This document shows positions 24,375-38,009 of a DNA stretch of 64,000 nucleotides, one piece after another (position 1 is the stretch's first letter; each line of letters opens with the position of its first letter). This DNA is from Felis catus (Eukaryota): positions 48,486,001 to 48,550,000 of the forward strand of contig NC_058368.1 in the NCBI RefSeq assembly GCF_018350175.1, given 5' to 3'. Below the pieces are notes generated by a model. It ran no database searches, was not told the DNA's origin, and saw only the letters and a program-made list of their open reading frames with translations. The position numbers and the translations under genes are program-made.

Positions 24375-25569
24375 AAAATGAGTTAAAGGAAGTTTCTTTT
24401 ACGATTTTCTTAAATGGCTTGCTCCAAAAGCCTTTTGGTATTTTCTTGACCTACTGTTCCAAGAATCTTTTCCATCACAATATTCTATATATCATCATCC
24501 TATACTTGCATAGTTCTTTGTAATTTGTACATTTTTAAGTTGAAAGATTTCAAAGTTTATTTCTTTGGGTGCATGCAAAGGCTTGGCAATGTGATGAAAA
24601 CAGAAACCACCAGCTCCAGTTATAAAAGGGGGATCAGGAGCTCACACAGGTCACGTTAGTGAGGTGTGTGGCTAGTATTAAATCCCAAAGCATTTGATTC
24701 CTCATTTGTTCCAGGTCTCTTCCAGCCAACCCAGCTACTGAGCATGCCCCACATCAACACAATCTATTTATTATTATTCTTCAAACACAACTGGCAGGAA
24801 CTGACAACAATGAAGACGTTCTATGGTTTTTGGAATCCATGTATTTGCCTCTGATGGCAGGGTAGAACATTCAATAGAACTAAAAGTAGATCTAGTCCTG
24901 CCTTTTGGTCCTCAGGTCCTCTAATAAACAAATGTCTAAATATACTGGGCAAAATTCTGTAATCAAAACGCAAATGTTACATTATTTAATAAGCTATAGC
25001 TACAGATTTTTCTGCTACTTGTAGTAAGGCGATTTGAATCTTGGCCACAAAATTTTTAGCTAATGGGAATACTGAACTTTATGGCAATGAATTAAAACTC
25101 TTCACTCTTAAAAAATAACCTTATAATAGTTAATAAGAAAGAAGAGGATAAGATAATGGTGGTACATAAATGAATAAGAATTTTTCACAAATCTCTTGGC
25201 TTATTAAAATGAAAAAGTTACATTAGGAAGCTATTTCAACTTTTGTTCCCAAGGCCAATTTAAGATGTTAAGAAGGAAGTAATGGTCCCAGTCTAATAAT
25301 ATAAATTTAGTGAACTTGCAAGCTAATCTTTGAAGATGCAATTAAATGCTATTCGAGGCCTCAACACTGCCCAGGCACCCAGCAGATTAACAGCCAAACA
25401 CATTCCTACAGTCAGCAACAGAGAAACACTTCCAAAAGAATGGTTTTTTTAGTTCATAGAAATGTTCTTGAAAAAGTGCATATGTAATGAATTTCTATAT
25501 AAAGTGGAAGGTATTCATTCATTTATTCTAATTGAAAAATTAGTTTTTTAAATGTACCTAGAATGTTAA

Positions 25570-25658
25570 ATATATATATCTATATCTATATAGATATATA
25601 TGTATATATATCTATAGATATATAGATATAGATCTATATAGATATAGATATAGATATC
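25570..25658. repeat. Degenerate (TA)n/(TATAGA)n low-complexity repeat
   Basis: Directly visible. Largely self-complementary. Confidence 0.9.
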
Positions 25659-26260
25659 AGGGATTACAGAAACAACAACAAAAAAATTCAGACAATGAGA
25701 CACAGTACAAACACTCTACCAAAACTTGCAATCCCTATGCTTTGAACCACAGAAATGTGTAGTGTTCATGCTTTCATTCTATAACTCTCTTATTTCAAAG
25801 CAAACAAAACCTTTTAAATAAAACTCTGGTTTGTATGTCAGAAGTCCTACAGTTTGCTCCAAAGTTGATTTCTTTTGTAGTTCTGTGAGGTACAATGATT
25901 TAGGGTAGGGTGTGTCTGGGATGAGTGTTTTTTGTTTTTTTTGTTCTGTGTTTTGTTTTTTTGCCTCAGGTAAGGATCTGCTGAAGGCCCAACTGCTTAC
26001 TGTTCCTTCACAATAACTCCCTAAAGGTAGTTTCTAAAATAGCCTCTCAAAAAAATGCTACTAAGTGTTTAATTAACAAAGGCTATTAAAGCTATTAATG
26101 TCTAGTGTTCTTTTTCTCAGTTCATTATGTTGAAGTTTGCTCATTTTTCTTCCATATGCCATTAAAAATTCACCATGGTTTATCAGGCCACAAGGGTAAT
26201 TCGCAGTGAGTGGTCTTCCTTTAAGCAAATCCCAAGAGAAAACTACAAACTTAGACATCC

Positions 26261-26705
26261 TGTTTTGGCTTGAATTGTGTCCCTCAAAATGATACGTTGA
26301 AATCCTAACCTCTGATACCTCAGATTGTGATTTTATTTGGAAACAGGGTCTTTTCAGATGTAGTTAGTTGAGATGAAGTCCATACTAGAGGAGGGCAGGT
26401 CCTTAACCCAGTATGATTGGTGTCATTAAAAGAGAAAATGAGACGCAGACAGACATACAAAAGGAGAAGACAGAGACCCGGAATGAAGTAATACCTCTGC
26501 CAAGGAACACTAAGGATGCTGGCAAACAGCAGAAGCTAAAAGAGGTAAGGAAGGATTTTCTCATATAGGCTCCGGAGGGAGCATGGCCCTGCCAGCACTT
26601 CTAATTTTGGACTTCTAAACTCCCGAGTTGTGAGAGAACAACTGTTGTTTCAAGACACAAAGTTTGTGGTAATCTGTTAAGGCAGCCCTGGAGAAAACTA
26701 GTCCA
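26261..26705 (+). mobile_element. MaLR solo LTR (MLT1B/C-like)
   Basis: Starts tgttttggcttgaattgtgtccctcaaaa, contains ttatttggaaacagggtctttt and gccaaggaacac...agaagct, and ends tttgtggtaatctgttaaggcagccctggagaaaactagtcca. Confidence 0.88.
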
Positions 26706-26769
26706 TATACTAACTCATACAACACATTTCTATCTTCACTCAATCTTTTAACTCTTCCTCGTTGTCTTA

Positions 26770-27050
26770 CCTTCCTCCTCCAATGCCAAGGTGTATGCGG
26801 CCCTGTGCCTTCCCTCTCTGTCACATGAATATCCTTCCCCTACTTCCTTACTTCTTTGACTGATCTTTCAATACTCACCTCATGAGTTATCTTCTCCATG
26901 TAACCTTCCTTCCTCTCCTTCCAGGCTGGGTTTTGTGCTGAGCTCCCGTTTTCCTCAAGCATAACACACACTTCTGTGACACACGTCCCTCTTCTCCACT
27001 AGGCTGCAAGCCCTTAAATCACAGTGACCGTTTCTCATCATGGTAGGCCC
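26770..27050 (+). mobile_element. LINE-2 fragment
   Basis: Pyrimidine-rich L2-like text ending ccactaggctgcaagccctt. Confidence 0.45.
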
Positions 27051-28258
27051 AGGACGAAACAATATTCAGCTCACGGGGTTTGATGCCCCGTTGAACTTCT
27101 ATCTTGCATTTTCAAGTGCTTTCCTTTCTTCACATTGCCTCCTTCCTATGTATCACTTAACCATCAACTTAGAATTTAGCCAATAATTTTAGGGTTTCCT
27201 TCGAGAACATCCTTGGGTATAATTTTAGGAAAACCCCACTGCTGCAGCACTTGAGATCCAGAGCCCACATGTAGGAACCTGGGCTGTTCCTTGGGTTTGC
27301 CATGATTTTAATCATCACCTACAAATCCTGGTCTGTATTTCATTCAGCTTTTGACTGTCTGTACTGTTGATGAGCAGGCAGGCCAATGGAAGAAGCATTC
27401 TCAGTCTACGTACGAATGGAAGAATCCGTTCCTTCTATTGTTACCAGGACAGAATTCTCATCCCTCTCTCAGGTGGAAACTTCTTCCAACATGTACCTGC
27501 AGATCTTCTTTTAATTCAAGGAAGTGTTTTTGGACTCATTTTTGTTTTTCTTCTCCAAGGACCCCACAGAGCTATAAACTAGACCTTCTTTGCCTGCCTG
27601 TCTTTTATTTCAACAACTTTCTGCAAAATCAGTTTTACCCTCGTCTTACTTCGTTTCTCTTACCTACATTTCTTCAATGACCCTTATTAAGTTTCCCTCC
27701 GAATCCACTCCCTCCTTGAACATCTTGGAGTTTAGTCTTTATTGCTTACCTACTTTTCCTTTCTTTCCTAAGTTAAATAAAATTGTATTTCCCTTCTTCT
27801 TGTTTTTAGTCCATTTCTGTTCTTAAATTTAAAATCGTGGCCTAAGGGTATTCGTCCCCATTCTCAGTCCCAAATAATTGTTTGTAGTGTTGCTATAGTT
27901 TTCTCCAGCTTTATGGTTGGCACCGTGAGGGGAATTTTCATCGGCCACAGATTTTGAACTCTCAGTTTATTTTCTTAGAATAGTTCTAAAGACAGTTTAT
28001 CACTGCATTTCATGAGCAAGGGTAACAGTTTGGACTGGTTGATTCCATTGTGAGATTAATAGTGCCCTCTTTGGTTAGTGTAGAAAACAAAATGTAGTCT
28101 CGTTAATACACAATTCGAGGGGTATGATGGGCAGCAGGGATGTGTGTTTTCCATTTACTTTTTATTCTTTTTATGTCTTTCAGACTCATAAATTCCTCTC
28201 TTGCTTCTTTATGCTTTCACCAGAGAGTTCCCAACAGTCATTTTCCAATTTTATCCTC

Positions 28259-28810
28259 CGTATTAGTTTCCTTTTGATGCTATCGAACAACTCACCAGAA
28301 ATGTAATGGATTGAAACAATAGAAATTTGTATTCTCTTATACTTCTGGAAGCCCCAAGTCCAAAATAAGTCATATGTAATTAAAATCAAGGTGTTCAGCA
28401 GGCCTGACTCCTTCTGGGGAGGCTACTGGTGAGAATCTATTCTCACTCTCTTCCAGCTCCTGGGGGCTACTGGTCTCCCGTGGCTCGTGGCCACATCATT
28501 GAAATCTCTGTTCTGTGTCCTCACACTGCCTGTGGTCAAATCCCATCTCTGGTCAAATTCCCAAATGGGAATTCTCTGAGAAACCCCAAATGGGATTCTC
28601 TGTGGTCAAATCCCATCCTGCCTCCCTCTCAGAAAAGCATTTGTGATTTCACCTAGGGCTCACCCAGATAATCCAGGATCATCTCCCCATCTCAAGATCC
28701 TTGAAGTAATCACATCTGCAGGGTTCCTTTTGCAGGTAACAAGTTATCATGCCCACGTCACAGGGACTTCCGCACGGACATCTTCAGGGACAAATACTCA
28801 GCCTCCCACT
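28259..28810 (-). mobile_element. MaLR solo LTR (MLT1D-like)
   Basis: gtattagtttcc...ttctggaagccccaagtccaaaat...agggctcacccagataatccaggatcatctccccatctcaagatcctt. Confidence 0.88.
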
Positions 28811-30496
28811 CTTGCCCAGACGTGTTGCCTTTCCAAGATTGCTTGGAAGGGTCACACACACATTTCAAATCCCTTCCCTGCTGTCAGTCTCTGATCTACT
28901 CAGTACATTTGAATTTAGGATTGATTTTCTCTGTTGAGGGGTGAGTTTTAGTTCAATTACATCTTCTGTCTTCTGTATAATTTTTCCAAAAGCTCAGTTC
29001 TCCACAAAGGCTTGAGGGGAACTTAAGAAATATCTTCTCTAGAAATTGGCATTTAACTTTCTGCTTACAGAAAATTTGAAGTTTGTTGTATTCTTTCTTC
29101 CTGCTACGCCTGAAGCACACAGTTTTACGGTTTTATCTGTTCTTGTTGATCTACATTGATATTTAGATGATGTTTGTGGAGTAATTTGGCTGCCATAATT
29201 AAGAAGCATAAATCCTCTGTGAAACAGGCAAATAAACAGTATTCCAATTTGGGGCAGATCTGTTACCTACACAAAAAGAGCTTTAAAAAGTTAATAATTT
29301 AACCTAATGGCTAGAATTACCATAGAAATAACAACCAATTAAACTACAGAGCTATCGAATTCCAGAACTGGCACAGACCACAAGGACCAGAGCTGTCAAA
29401 TATCTAGTAAATACCTCTATCTGGCTATAGCAAAGAGCCACAAGAGATCATCTCTTCTGTAAGTATTTACCCTTCACGATCCCCAAACCCAAAAAAGTAA
29501 AAAAAAAAAAAAAAATCGTGAATGAAATTTATGTCCTTATGTTGAACATAGCACTCTAGGTATAATGCTTTACAAGGTCAATGTAAATAAACACTCTCAA
29601 TGTCTTTGGCTCCTATTCTCTGTTTATGAACTAGTAATCATAATATTTAAATAAGAATCATTTATGAAGTATTATGATGAATTAGGTCGAATGTGCAAGT
29701 TACTTTGTAAATGGAGCCTAACCACTGTCACTATCATTTAACTTTGATGTAAGGAGTGAGGAAGTAGAAGCTTTAGTGACAAGCTAAATTAACGTATTAA
29801 TATTTAACAAAGAAATGGAAGGTAAAGGTATCAGGATATTTGTATCTTGCTATTAGCATTCTAGGCTGCGGTATAAGGACTGGCTTTGAGATCTTGCGAT
29901 GATATAACTGTTTTAATTGTTAACTTCATCTGTCCCCAGTTAACAGGTATAAAACACATTTTCAAAGCAATAAAACATTGTCAGGAATTATTCTGAAGGC
30001 AGGAACAAGTACACTGATATTCCCTGGGCTATTACTGCACCCAACTAAGTCAAACAATAGTCATGTCTTTAAATAAAACTCTGTAACTAACTACTGCCCA
30101 AATTTGAATAAGCATCACCAAAAATATGCCACGCAAGTCCAGCATGGGATGCATACCACGTGTCTGACTGGTCATGCCTTAAAAAACAAAACAAACAAAA
30201 AAAAAAACCAAAAAAACCTCCGTTTCCTTAACATCCACTTTATATGCTAGAAATATGATTATAAGTGCTATTAAAATATTCAATATATAGCATTCTTACT
30301 CGGAGACAGACAGACACTTAATACAGTACTAAATCTCAACACCTCCCTGGTGCTATTCCCTCAGCTTACAATGTTCGCTCTCATACCTACACTCACCCTT
30401 TCAAGGTCTGTATCAGTTGTCACCACTCTGAAGCTTTTCCAGATCATTCTAAAACAGATATAATCACTGCATAGTCAGAAATCTCTTACCATTGGA

Positions 30497-30704
30497 GGGG
30501 CGCCTGGATGGCTCAGTTTGTTAACCATTGACTCTGAATTTCGGCTCGGGTCACGATCTCACACTTCAGGAGATCAAGCCTTGTGTCAGGCTCTGTGCTG
30601 CTGAAAGTATGGAGCCTGCTTGGGATTCTCTCTCTCCTCTCTCTCTGCACCTCCCTGCTCATGCTCTCTCTCTTTCTCTCTCTAAAAAATAAACTTTAAA
30701 AATA
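30497..30704 (+). mobile_element. CAN-SINE (older subfamily)
   Basis: Full head, body and tail. The flanks share agaaatctctt. Confidence 0.93.
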
Positions 30705-33409
30705 AGAAATCTCTTTTTATTTTTAAATACCCATATTTTTGTACTAGCCAATACTGCTCATCACACACATATGTGATGACAACCCAGAGGTGTATTTAAG
30801 AGCCTGGCTTTTGGTATATACTGGGCACCGAGGTAGACTCCGCCATTAACATGTAGTTACCACAATGGTTGGCGTATCTTTGACACTCAGTTCCTTTTAG
30901 AAAAGGAACTGAGAAAGGAAAGGACAACATCTGACCCTCTAGGTTTGCCAGAAGAAATAAATAATGTATCTGAAATGCTAAATCCAGCGAATAAATCATC
31001 GATACACATTAGCTAATATTACTCTCCCTGCTGCAATCTCATTCAGTTTTCTGAGTGAAACTCTCTTCATATCAGAGATTACGTATTTTGTGGTTTGCGT
31101 TCCTGAAGCTTCTAGGCCAATGCGTGGCACATCATAGGTATTCAGAAAGCATTTTGTAAATGAAATTGAATGAAAAATACTAATCAAAGAACATCTGTTG
31201 AGCTCTTCCACTCTGAAGGCACAACAGGAGATGGAGAAGAGGCATTCCTGACCTCCATTTAAGTCCTAAAGGGTGTAGTCTGGTTAAAAAAAAACTTGTC
31301 TAGTTAAAGGGCAGTTAATCTTTAAGTGTTTCGTTACCAGTTAAAATAGACATATGCACATATATTTCCCTCACGAAACAGAGCAAAAAGGGTAAAATGT
31401 GAATGCTCACTTGGCAAACACAATTATAAATGAGTTAAACTTAAAAACTTATTTTTCCTTCCTTCAATTTTTCCAAATAGACTTCCCTCTGCAATTCTTC
31501 CTATTTCTTACTCCTACTCAAATTTTTGTTTCCATGGTAATATGTTTCCACCTTGAAATTCCATCACTGGAATGTCTACATTCAGTCTACAACTATTTCT
31601 GCTGCTCTCTCTCTTAAATTGCTCCTAGAAAAATTCCATTCTCCCCTCTGTGATGTATATGAACTACATAAATGTCTACCAACCTAAGGCACATGTCTAA
31701 CCTCAGCCTTCTGTACTGGACACGAGTCTTCCTGTGGGACAATTTTAGGTGCATTTTAACACTTGATAACAAAAGAAATAAACACAGACTCTGTGATGTG
31801 AACTACATTTGACTCAAGCTTGTTCAGATTCAAGCACTTTACCCAATACAAAGAGAACATTTAGAGAGCTACTTAACAATCAAAACCAAAAAAAGAAAGA
31901 CTGCCAGTAAAAGAATTATCCAACAAGGACTCATTTCCTACCACCTGATCCTGAGTTTGGCTAGACACAGGGTTTCTCCTGCCAGAACCTCACAATTGTT
32001 AAGGGAACCCTAATTGCTATTGAGGTTTTCCACTGATGTGCTCTAAACCCTACTCCTTCCTATTAGACTCTTTAATGCTGCTTGATTTACTCTTAATTCC
32101 TCTATTTTGAGTTGTGCTGCCAAACTCCTAAAGATCTGAAACACGCCATTGCCTCTGAATAGATGGTCGATTGGACTATTCTCAAGAACCGAGCAGATTT
32201 CTGGAGAACACCCGCAAAATGCCTCAAGCTCAATGGCTGCCCTCTAAGCAAACTTCTGGTAGTCAGTCACGGAGCAGGTCTTGCCCTGAGCTTTGGAGAG
32301 CCAAGGGAAGTCCCGGCAACTGCCCCAGGAGAGCGGCCCAAATTGAAAGAGGCCCCCAGAGGCCAAAGGGTCACGGTTATCAAAACCCAAAGTTGAAAGA
32401 GGAACCACAGATTAGGAATCAAGAATTCTAATGCAGAAAGAGCCACACACGAAGTACCGTGAAAATTTCTAGAATGATTATCCACAAACTGGATCAATAC
32501 TCCAGAATATCTGCTGATCCCATGACAGAGTTCTGTCTGGCTGTTTCAGGATGCCCAACACTGACTACCCCATGGTGATTCATGGGTCTGATGTGTCCAG
32601 GCTGCACAGATTTCCTGGATTTTCTCGGTTGACCCTGCTGATCTTGAGATAGGTAAGAAAGCTGCCTTTCTCTACGTCCTAAATCTACAACAAGGTAGTT
32701 ATAAACTAAATGAACCTATTTTTTAAGAAGCTTACATTCCCTCAACATTTCAAATTCCCTAAAATTAAAATCGGCTGCATCATTCTGCAGTTTGCCTTAA
32801 TGGGCCAAATGATCCTGTTTGTTTTACTGTTGCGCTTTACTCATCTTCAATTTCTAGCTACATCATTAACATTATACACCATACTGTCATGAATTAATCC
32901 TTAACATCCCATTTGAATGCAACCACAATTCTGGGGATTGTCATCCATAGGCCATGAAAAGCAACAAGGATTTGCTCCCCAAGGATTTGCAATGTTGAAA
33001 AGCAAACGCTTTCATTCCTCACCGAAGACCTGTTCTAGTCTTCATCAGGGATGCGCTCCAACAGGCTTTGATATGTCCTTGGATTCTAAACCCTGATCTG
33101 AGAGACCACCGAGCTGATTGCTACTATCAGTTTTTATGTCGTACAGATCTTTCTCCCCCAAGCTTCCTCACGATGTGGCCAGAAGGGAAATCCAGCCGGC
33201 AGCACCAGAAACTCCCGATTCCACTGAGGAATTTCACTGCCAAGATACACCTCATCTCCCTTCAGGGGCTACACTGCTGGCATCTTCTCCCTTTCAAATT
33301 CAGCAAAATGAAAAGTAGTTTAAAAAGCCTGTTCTAAACGACACGGCACCGCAAATGCTGTGAGAAGTACTTGGTGTTTGTGACTACAAGTTTATTTATG
33401 CATAAGATA

Positions 33410-33560
33410 ACAATATGTATGTATACATTTTATGAATATACATATATGCAAATATAAACATGTATATTTATATGTATACATTTACATGTATATAATCTAT
33501 ATTACATATGTGTAACTATATACATATGTGTATATGTAGTGTGTGAGGCACACATGTACA
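33410..33560. repeat. Degenerate (TA)/(CATA) low-complexity tract
   Basis: Directly visible in the sequence. Confidence 0.75.
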
Positions 33561-34401
33561 CATTTATTTTTTTTAAATACACTGACACCCACGTGGAAGT
33601 GAGCTGCCTTATGGCCCAGGCATAGTAATGTGTTATTCAAGGAAAATTCCAGACCAGCGTTCAATGAGTAACTCAGGTACTTAGTCAAGTCTCTCAACAA
33701 AAAATTAAAATGTGACTGTAATGCACAATCTACATTCTAAAATGCCCTTTTCCCCATTTTCAACCTCTGAAACATGGCAGATCTATCCCTCCCCACCCAC
33801 CAAACTTTTTACCTCTCCACCCAAACTTGCCAAAGCTTATTTCGGTTCCTGGGTTCCATCTCCCTACTGCCATCCCCACACACTCTTTCAAAATCAATTA
33901 TTCTCTCATTGAGCAACAGTTCCCTGCCGTCTCTGCAACAAATTAGAACATGCTAGATTTCCTGCTTCTTTACTTCCACCCCTGCCACCATCCTCAAAAA
34001 GTCATCTCTCTCCCAGAGTTCAGATTCAGTGGGACAGCAGCCCACGACAAGAAAGACGCTGGCAAAACAAGGAGAGAGGCTCACAATACTTCCACATTAG
34101 TATGTTTGCCTATCTCATACGTATCATTCCTATGAAAAATATGCTTAAGATAGCCATTTTTTCATTACCTACTAGAAGGAACGTTCCTAACTTTTAATGT
34201 CAGATGGACACTTACACACATTCTGCAACTCAACTAAAAATGTTGCAAGACTCAAACATAACCGTATATGCTAAAAGACTAAAGTATCTGTTAATGAATA
34301 CTGTTCTGGTCTGTCAATTCAATAGTATCGCCTAACAAACTCACGTTTTTAGCTTGAAAAGTTTTATTTTTTTAAATATACCTTCTTTTTGGATGTGTTC
34401 T

Positions 34402-34640
34402 GTTTTGTTTGTTTGTTTTTTTGTTTTTTTTTTTTTTCAACGTTTATTTATTTTTGGGACAGAGAGAGACAGAGCATGAACGGGGGAGGGGCAGAGAGAG
34501 AGGGAGACACAGAATGGGAAACAGGCTCCAGGCTCCGAGCCATCAGCCCAGTGCCTGACGCGGGGCTCGAACTCACGGACCGCGAGATCGTGACCTGGCT
34601 GAAGTCGGACGCTTAACCGACTGCGCCACCCAGGCGCCCC
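34402..34640 (-). mobile_element. Young CpG-rich SINEC_Fc nested in the tail of an older SINE
   Basis: TSD TGTGTTCT at 34394-34401 and 34641-34648. Confidence 0.96.
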
Positions 34641-34648
34641 TGTGTTCT

Positions 34649-34866
34649 TTTTTTTTAATGTTTTATTTATTTTTGGGAGAGAGAGAGTGGGGGAAGGGCA
34701 GAGAGACAGTGGGGGAAAGGCAGAGAGAGATGGGGAGACAGGGGATCTGAAGTGGGCTCTGTGCTGATAGCAGAGAGGTGGATGTGGGGCCTGAACTCAT
34801 GAACCTTGAGATCATGACCTGAGCTAAAGTCAGATGCTTAACCGACTGAGCCACCCAGGTGCCTCC
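34649..34866 (-). mobile_element. Older CAN-SINE (its tail continues at 34367-34393)
   Basis: Outer TSD TAG(C/T)TTGAAAAGTTTTA at 34350-34366 and 34867-34883. Confidence 0.93.
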
Positions 34867-35027
34867 TAGTTTGAAAAGTTTTAAGGTAACTCAAGGACTT
34901 TAAAAGTAATCTCCCCTAGAGACTAAATAACGCACATATTGCAAACCCATCAGGAAAACTTTCTGGATACCATGTCTCTCAGTGTATCAGCTGTCCTCTA
35001 TATCATACCCTCAGGACAGAGGAAGGA

Positions 35028-35105
35028 TCTATCTACCTATCTATCTATCTATCTATCTAACACATATATATAATATATATATAAAGTATATTATTATATA
35101 TTATT

Positions 35106-35156
<51 letters not shown>
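35028..35156. repeat. (TCTA)n followed by AT-rich sequence and (TA)n
   Basis: Directly visible. The pure (TA)n run is at about 35112-35156. Confidence 0.95.
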
Positions 35157-35157
<1 letters not shown>

Positions 35158-36188
35158 CCTCTATTATCACACCCACAAGTTATAAAGACAAGAGGACCTT
35201 CAGAATCTGTGGGCTTCCTATTATGTGCCTGGAGGACCAATAAATAGCATTATGTTTTTAACTGCGTGAAGTCTTTTTTTTTTCCAGAGGGAAGACCTGT
35301 GCTTTGAGGAGTACAAAGAATCTGAGAGATTTGGACTATTGCATGGAGCTGTTTTTTGGTACCTAGTGTCCATGTAACTGAATGGATTTATTATCTAGTT
35401 TCAACTGCATTGCTTTCCATTTAAACTGGTAATACCTTCAAGGCATAAAACCTTCCTATTCTAAATATGCCACAAATTCATGGTTTCTTACCAGACCTTC
35501 CTTGCCTGAAAGCTTTTACCTATGAAGTAAAGTTCAAAGTTGTGTTTGCATTTTTTTTTCTTTAACGGTCTGTGTTGGAAACCCTACAGATATCCTCCTG
35601 TTGTAAAAATAGATCACTACTTGTGTATTTCAAGTATACCATAGGACTGAAGATGAGGTTACCATCTCTGTATCCATAGAAAAGACCAGTAAAATCAAGA
35701 AGCTAGACTACTGTGTAAAAAGTTCTAAGGCATTTGATGAGCAAGGGCCTTGCCAGGGTTTTCCTCAATGATTTTAATTTTCCTAAAAATCCGGACAGCA
35801 GCAGCATCATTCTCGCCTCAAGAGAACTTCAGCATGGCTTGATAATACCAAGGGAGACAGCCCATCAGTTATCCCCTATCTCCAAAGAGTGTTCATAGGT
35901 TAGGGCTGTTTTATGCTGGCTGCACAGAAAGTCACTTGCCAGAGATTCAAAGTAAAACAGCGAATTAGGCTATTATTTAGAAATAACAGAAATAATAAGT
36001 TGATAATTAAGTTGATTTTTAAATCAATAATTCAACTTTCACATATGCGCATCTCTGATCGCCAAGGAAGGACCAAGGCAGATAAACCACGAGAAATCAG
36101 AGACTGGGTTTTGGAAAACAAGGGGGTAGTGAGAGAGAGGAAGGGGGTGACAGGAGTCTTGTCCGATCTTATAAAATGTGTTTGTCTA

Positions 36189-36409
36189 GGGGCGCCTGGG
36201 TGGCTCAGTCAGTTAAGCGTCCAACTTTGGCTCAGGTCATGATCTTACGGTTTGTGAGTTCGAGCCCCGTGTCAGGCTCTGTGCTGACAGCTCCGAGCCC
36301 TGCAGCCTGCTTTCGATTCTGTGTCTCCTTCTCTCTCTGCCCCTCCTCCACTTGTACTCTGTCTCTCTCTGTCTCTCAAAAATAAATAAATGTAAAAAAA
36401 AAAAGATAT
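36189..36409 (+). mobile_element. CAN-SINE with TSD
   Basis: TSD TAAAATGTGTT(T/C)GTCT at 36172-36187 and 36410-36425. Confidence 0.95.
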
Positions 36410-37595
36410 TAAAATGTGTTCGTCTGTTTTGTTGGAGGGAAGGGGGTGGGATGCAGTCAGGAGAGAGGCACACTCAACGCCAGAGGTGACACGATTAGGA
36501 TGTTATGGAGCAGGCCCATGACACTGTGTCACAGAAACACAAACACAGAATCGCAGACTTCGAGTCAGGCTGAGTAAATTAAAACGAAATCAGCATTTGT
36601 TGAGAACTTACTTTATGTACCGTCCCAGGTGTTGTGTAAGTCTTCAGCTAACCCAAAAGACCCTTCAGTTCAAACTTGAAAGAAAAAAAAAATTAGAATA
36701 GGCACCTCTTTGGTAATTAGGAAAGACTCCCCTAGAGGAATCACATGCTAGGGCTCCTGACTGGCCAGGACAGTGCAGAGTGACTATGACCCTCCAGACC
36801 CCCCCTCTGCAGGGCGGCTTTCTATGCACCCCACCCCCCCACCCCACAGCCCCCACTGCCACGCTTTCCGAGGTGAACTTGGAACCCGACACGACACCAC
36901 CGTTTTACTCCTATAGCGACTCTCATTCTGCACAAAAGATGTGGAATCTTTAGAGACATCATTTAAATGCCAATTTTCATGCTTCCTCTTCTAAGTTATG
37001 GCACTTATAACATCAATATTTTAAACAGTTCAAGTATTTTTTAACTTCTAAATGAGTCATTCACTCTCTTAGCAGAGAAGAGGTAAAATGTCAATGACTA
37101 AAATGTGAACTACTTCTTCAAAGGTGGAGTTAAGTACATTTCTCACGATTCAATGGTAATTGGCTTAGAACTTGAAAATACAATACTGCACCTGACAATG
37201 GGAATTCACTGGGCTCCACAGGAATCGGAAGGCTGCTGCAGAAAGTGGGCCCATGTACTACCCGTATTACACTGATTCTACTTCTTGTGTAATTTCCTCA
37301 CAACTCTCACTGAGTTTTAAAGGAATTATGTGTCATTCAGAATTCACATGCATCTACTAATCAACTTTCGGTACTAACAACTGCTAGGATGTCTTCAGAC
37401 TGCATCGCCACGGACTCCCCTGAAGAGCCCAGCTCATCAGCCAGGGCTGACCGTCCCACAGGGTCACAGCCACCACATGAGGACTTCCATCACTCCCTGA
37501 CAGAAGGGAGGTTCTGTAGGTTAGATGGTGGCACCTTGGAAATCATAGTTAAAAGGAACCTACCGAACCAGAGTCCATATTACCTCACTCTGTAC

Positions 37596-38009
37596 CAGTT
37601 CTAAAAATGTGGAAGCATGGGGATCGCCTAGGGGATCTGCTTTGCACCCCGGTTGCTTTTTCCTGTTCCCAGAGACTCTTTTTTTGTTTTGTTTTGTTTT
37701 AATTCTTTTCAATGTTTACTTATTTCTGAGAGAGAGAGACAGAGTGTGAGCAGGGGAGGGGCAGAGAGAGAGAGAGAGGGAGACAAGGAATCTGAAGCAG
37801 GCTCCAGGCTCTGAGCTGTCAGCACAGAGCCCCACACGGGACTCGAACTCACTGACCACGAGATCATGACCTGAGCTAAAGCTGGATGCTTAACCGCCTG
37901 AGCCACCAAGGTGCCCTATGTTCCCAGTGATTCTGACTAGGTAGGTCTGAGGCAGGAGCCCAGGAGATTTTGCAGCCATGGTCAGCAGATCACACTCGGA
38001 AAAGTGCTG
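37596..38009. mobile_element. MER5-like hAT DNA transposon relic split by a SINE
   Basis: cccagtgattctgactaggtaggtctgaggcaggagcccagga...cacactcggaaaagtgctg resembles MER5A. Confidence 0.6.
37680..37916 (-). mobile_element. CAN-SINE
   Basis: Near-TSD tgttcccag(a/t)ga(c/t)tct at 37664-37679 and 37919-37934. Confidence 0.95.
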
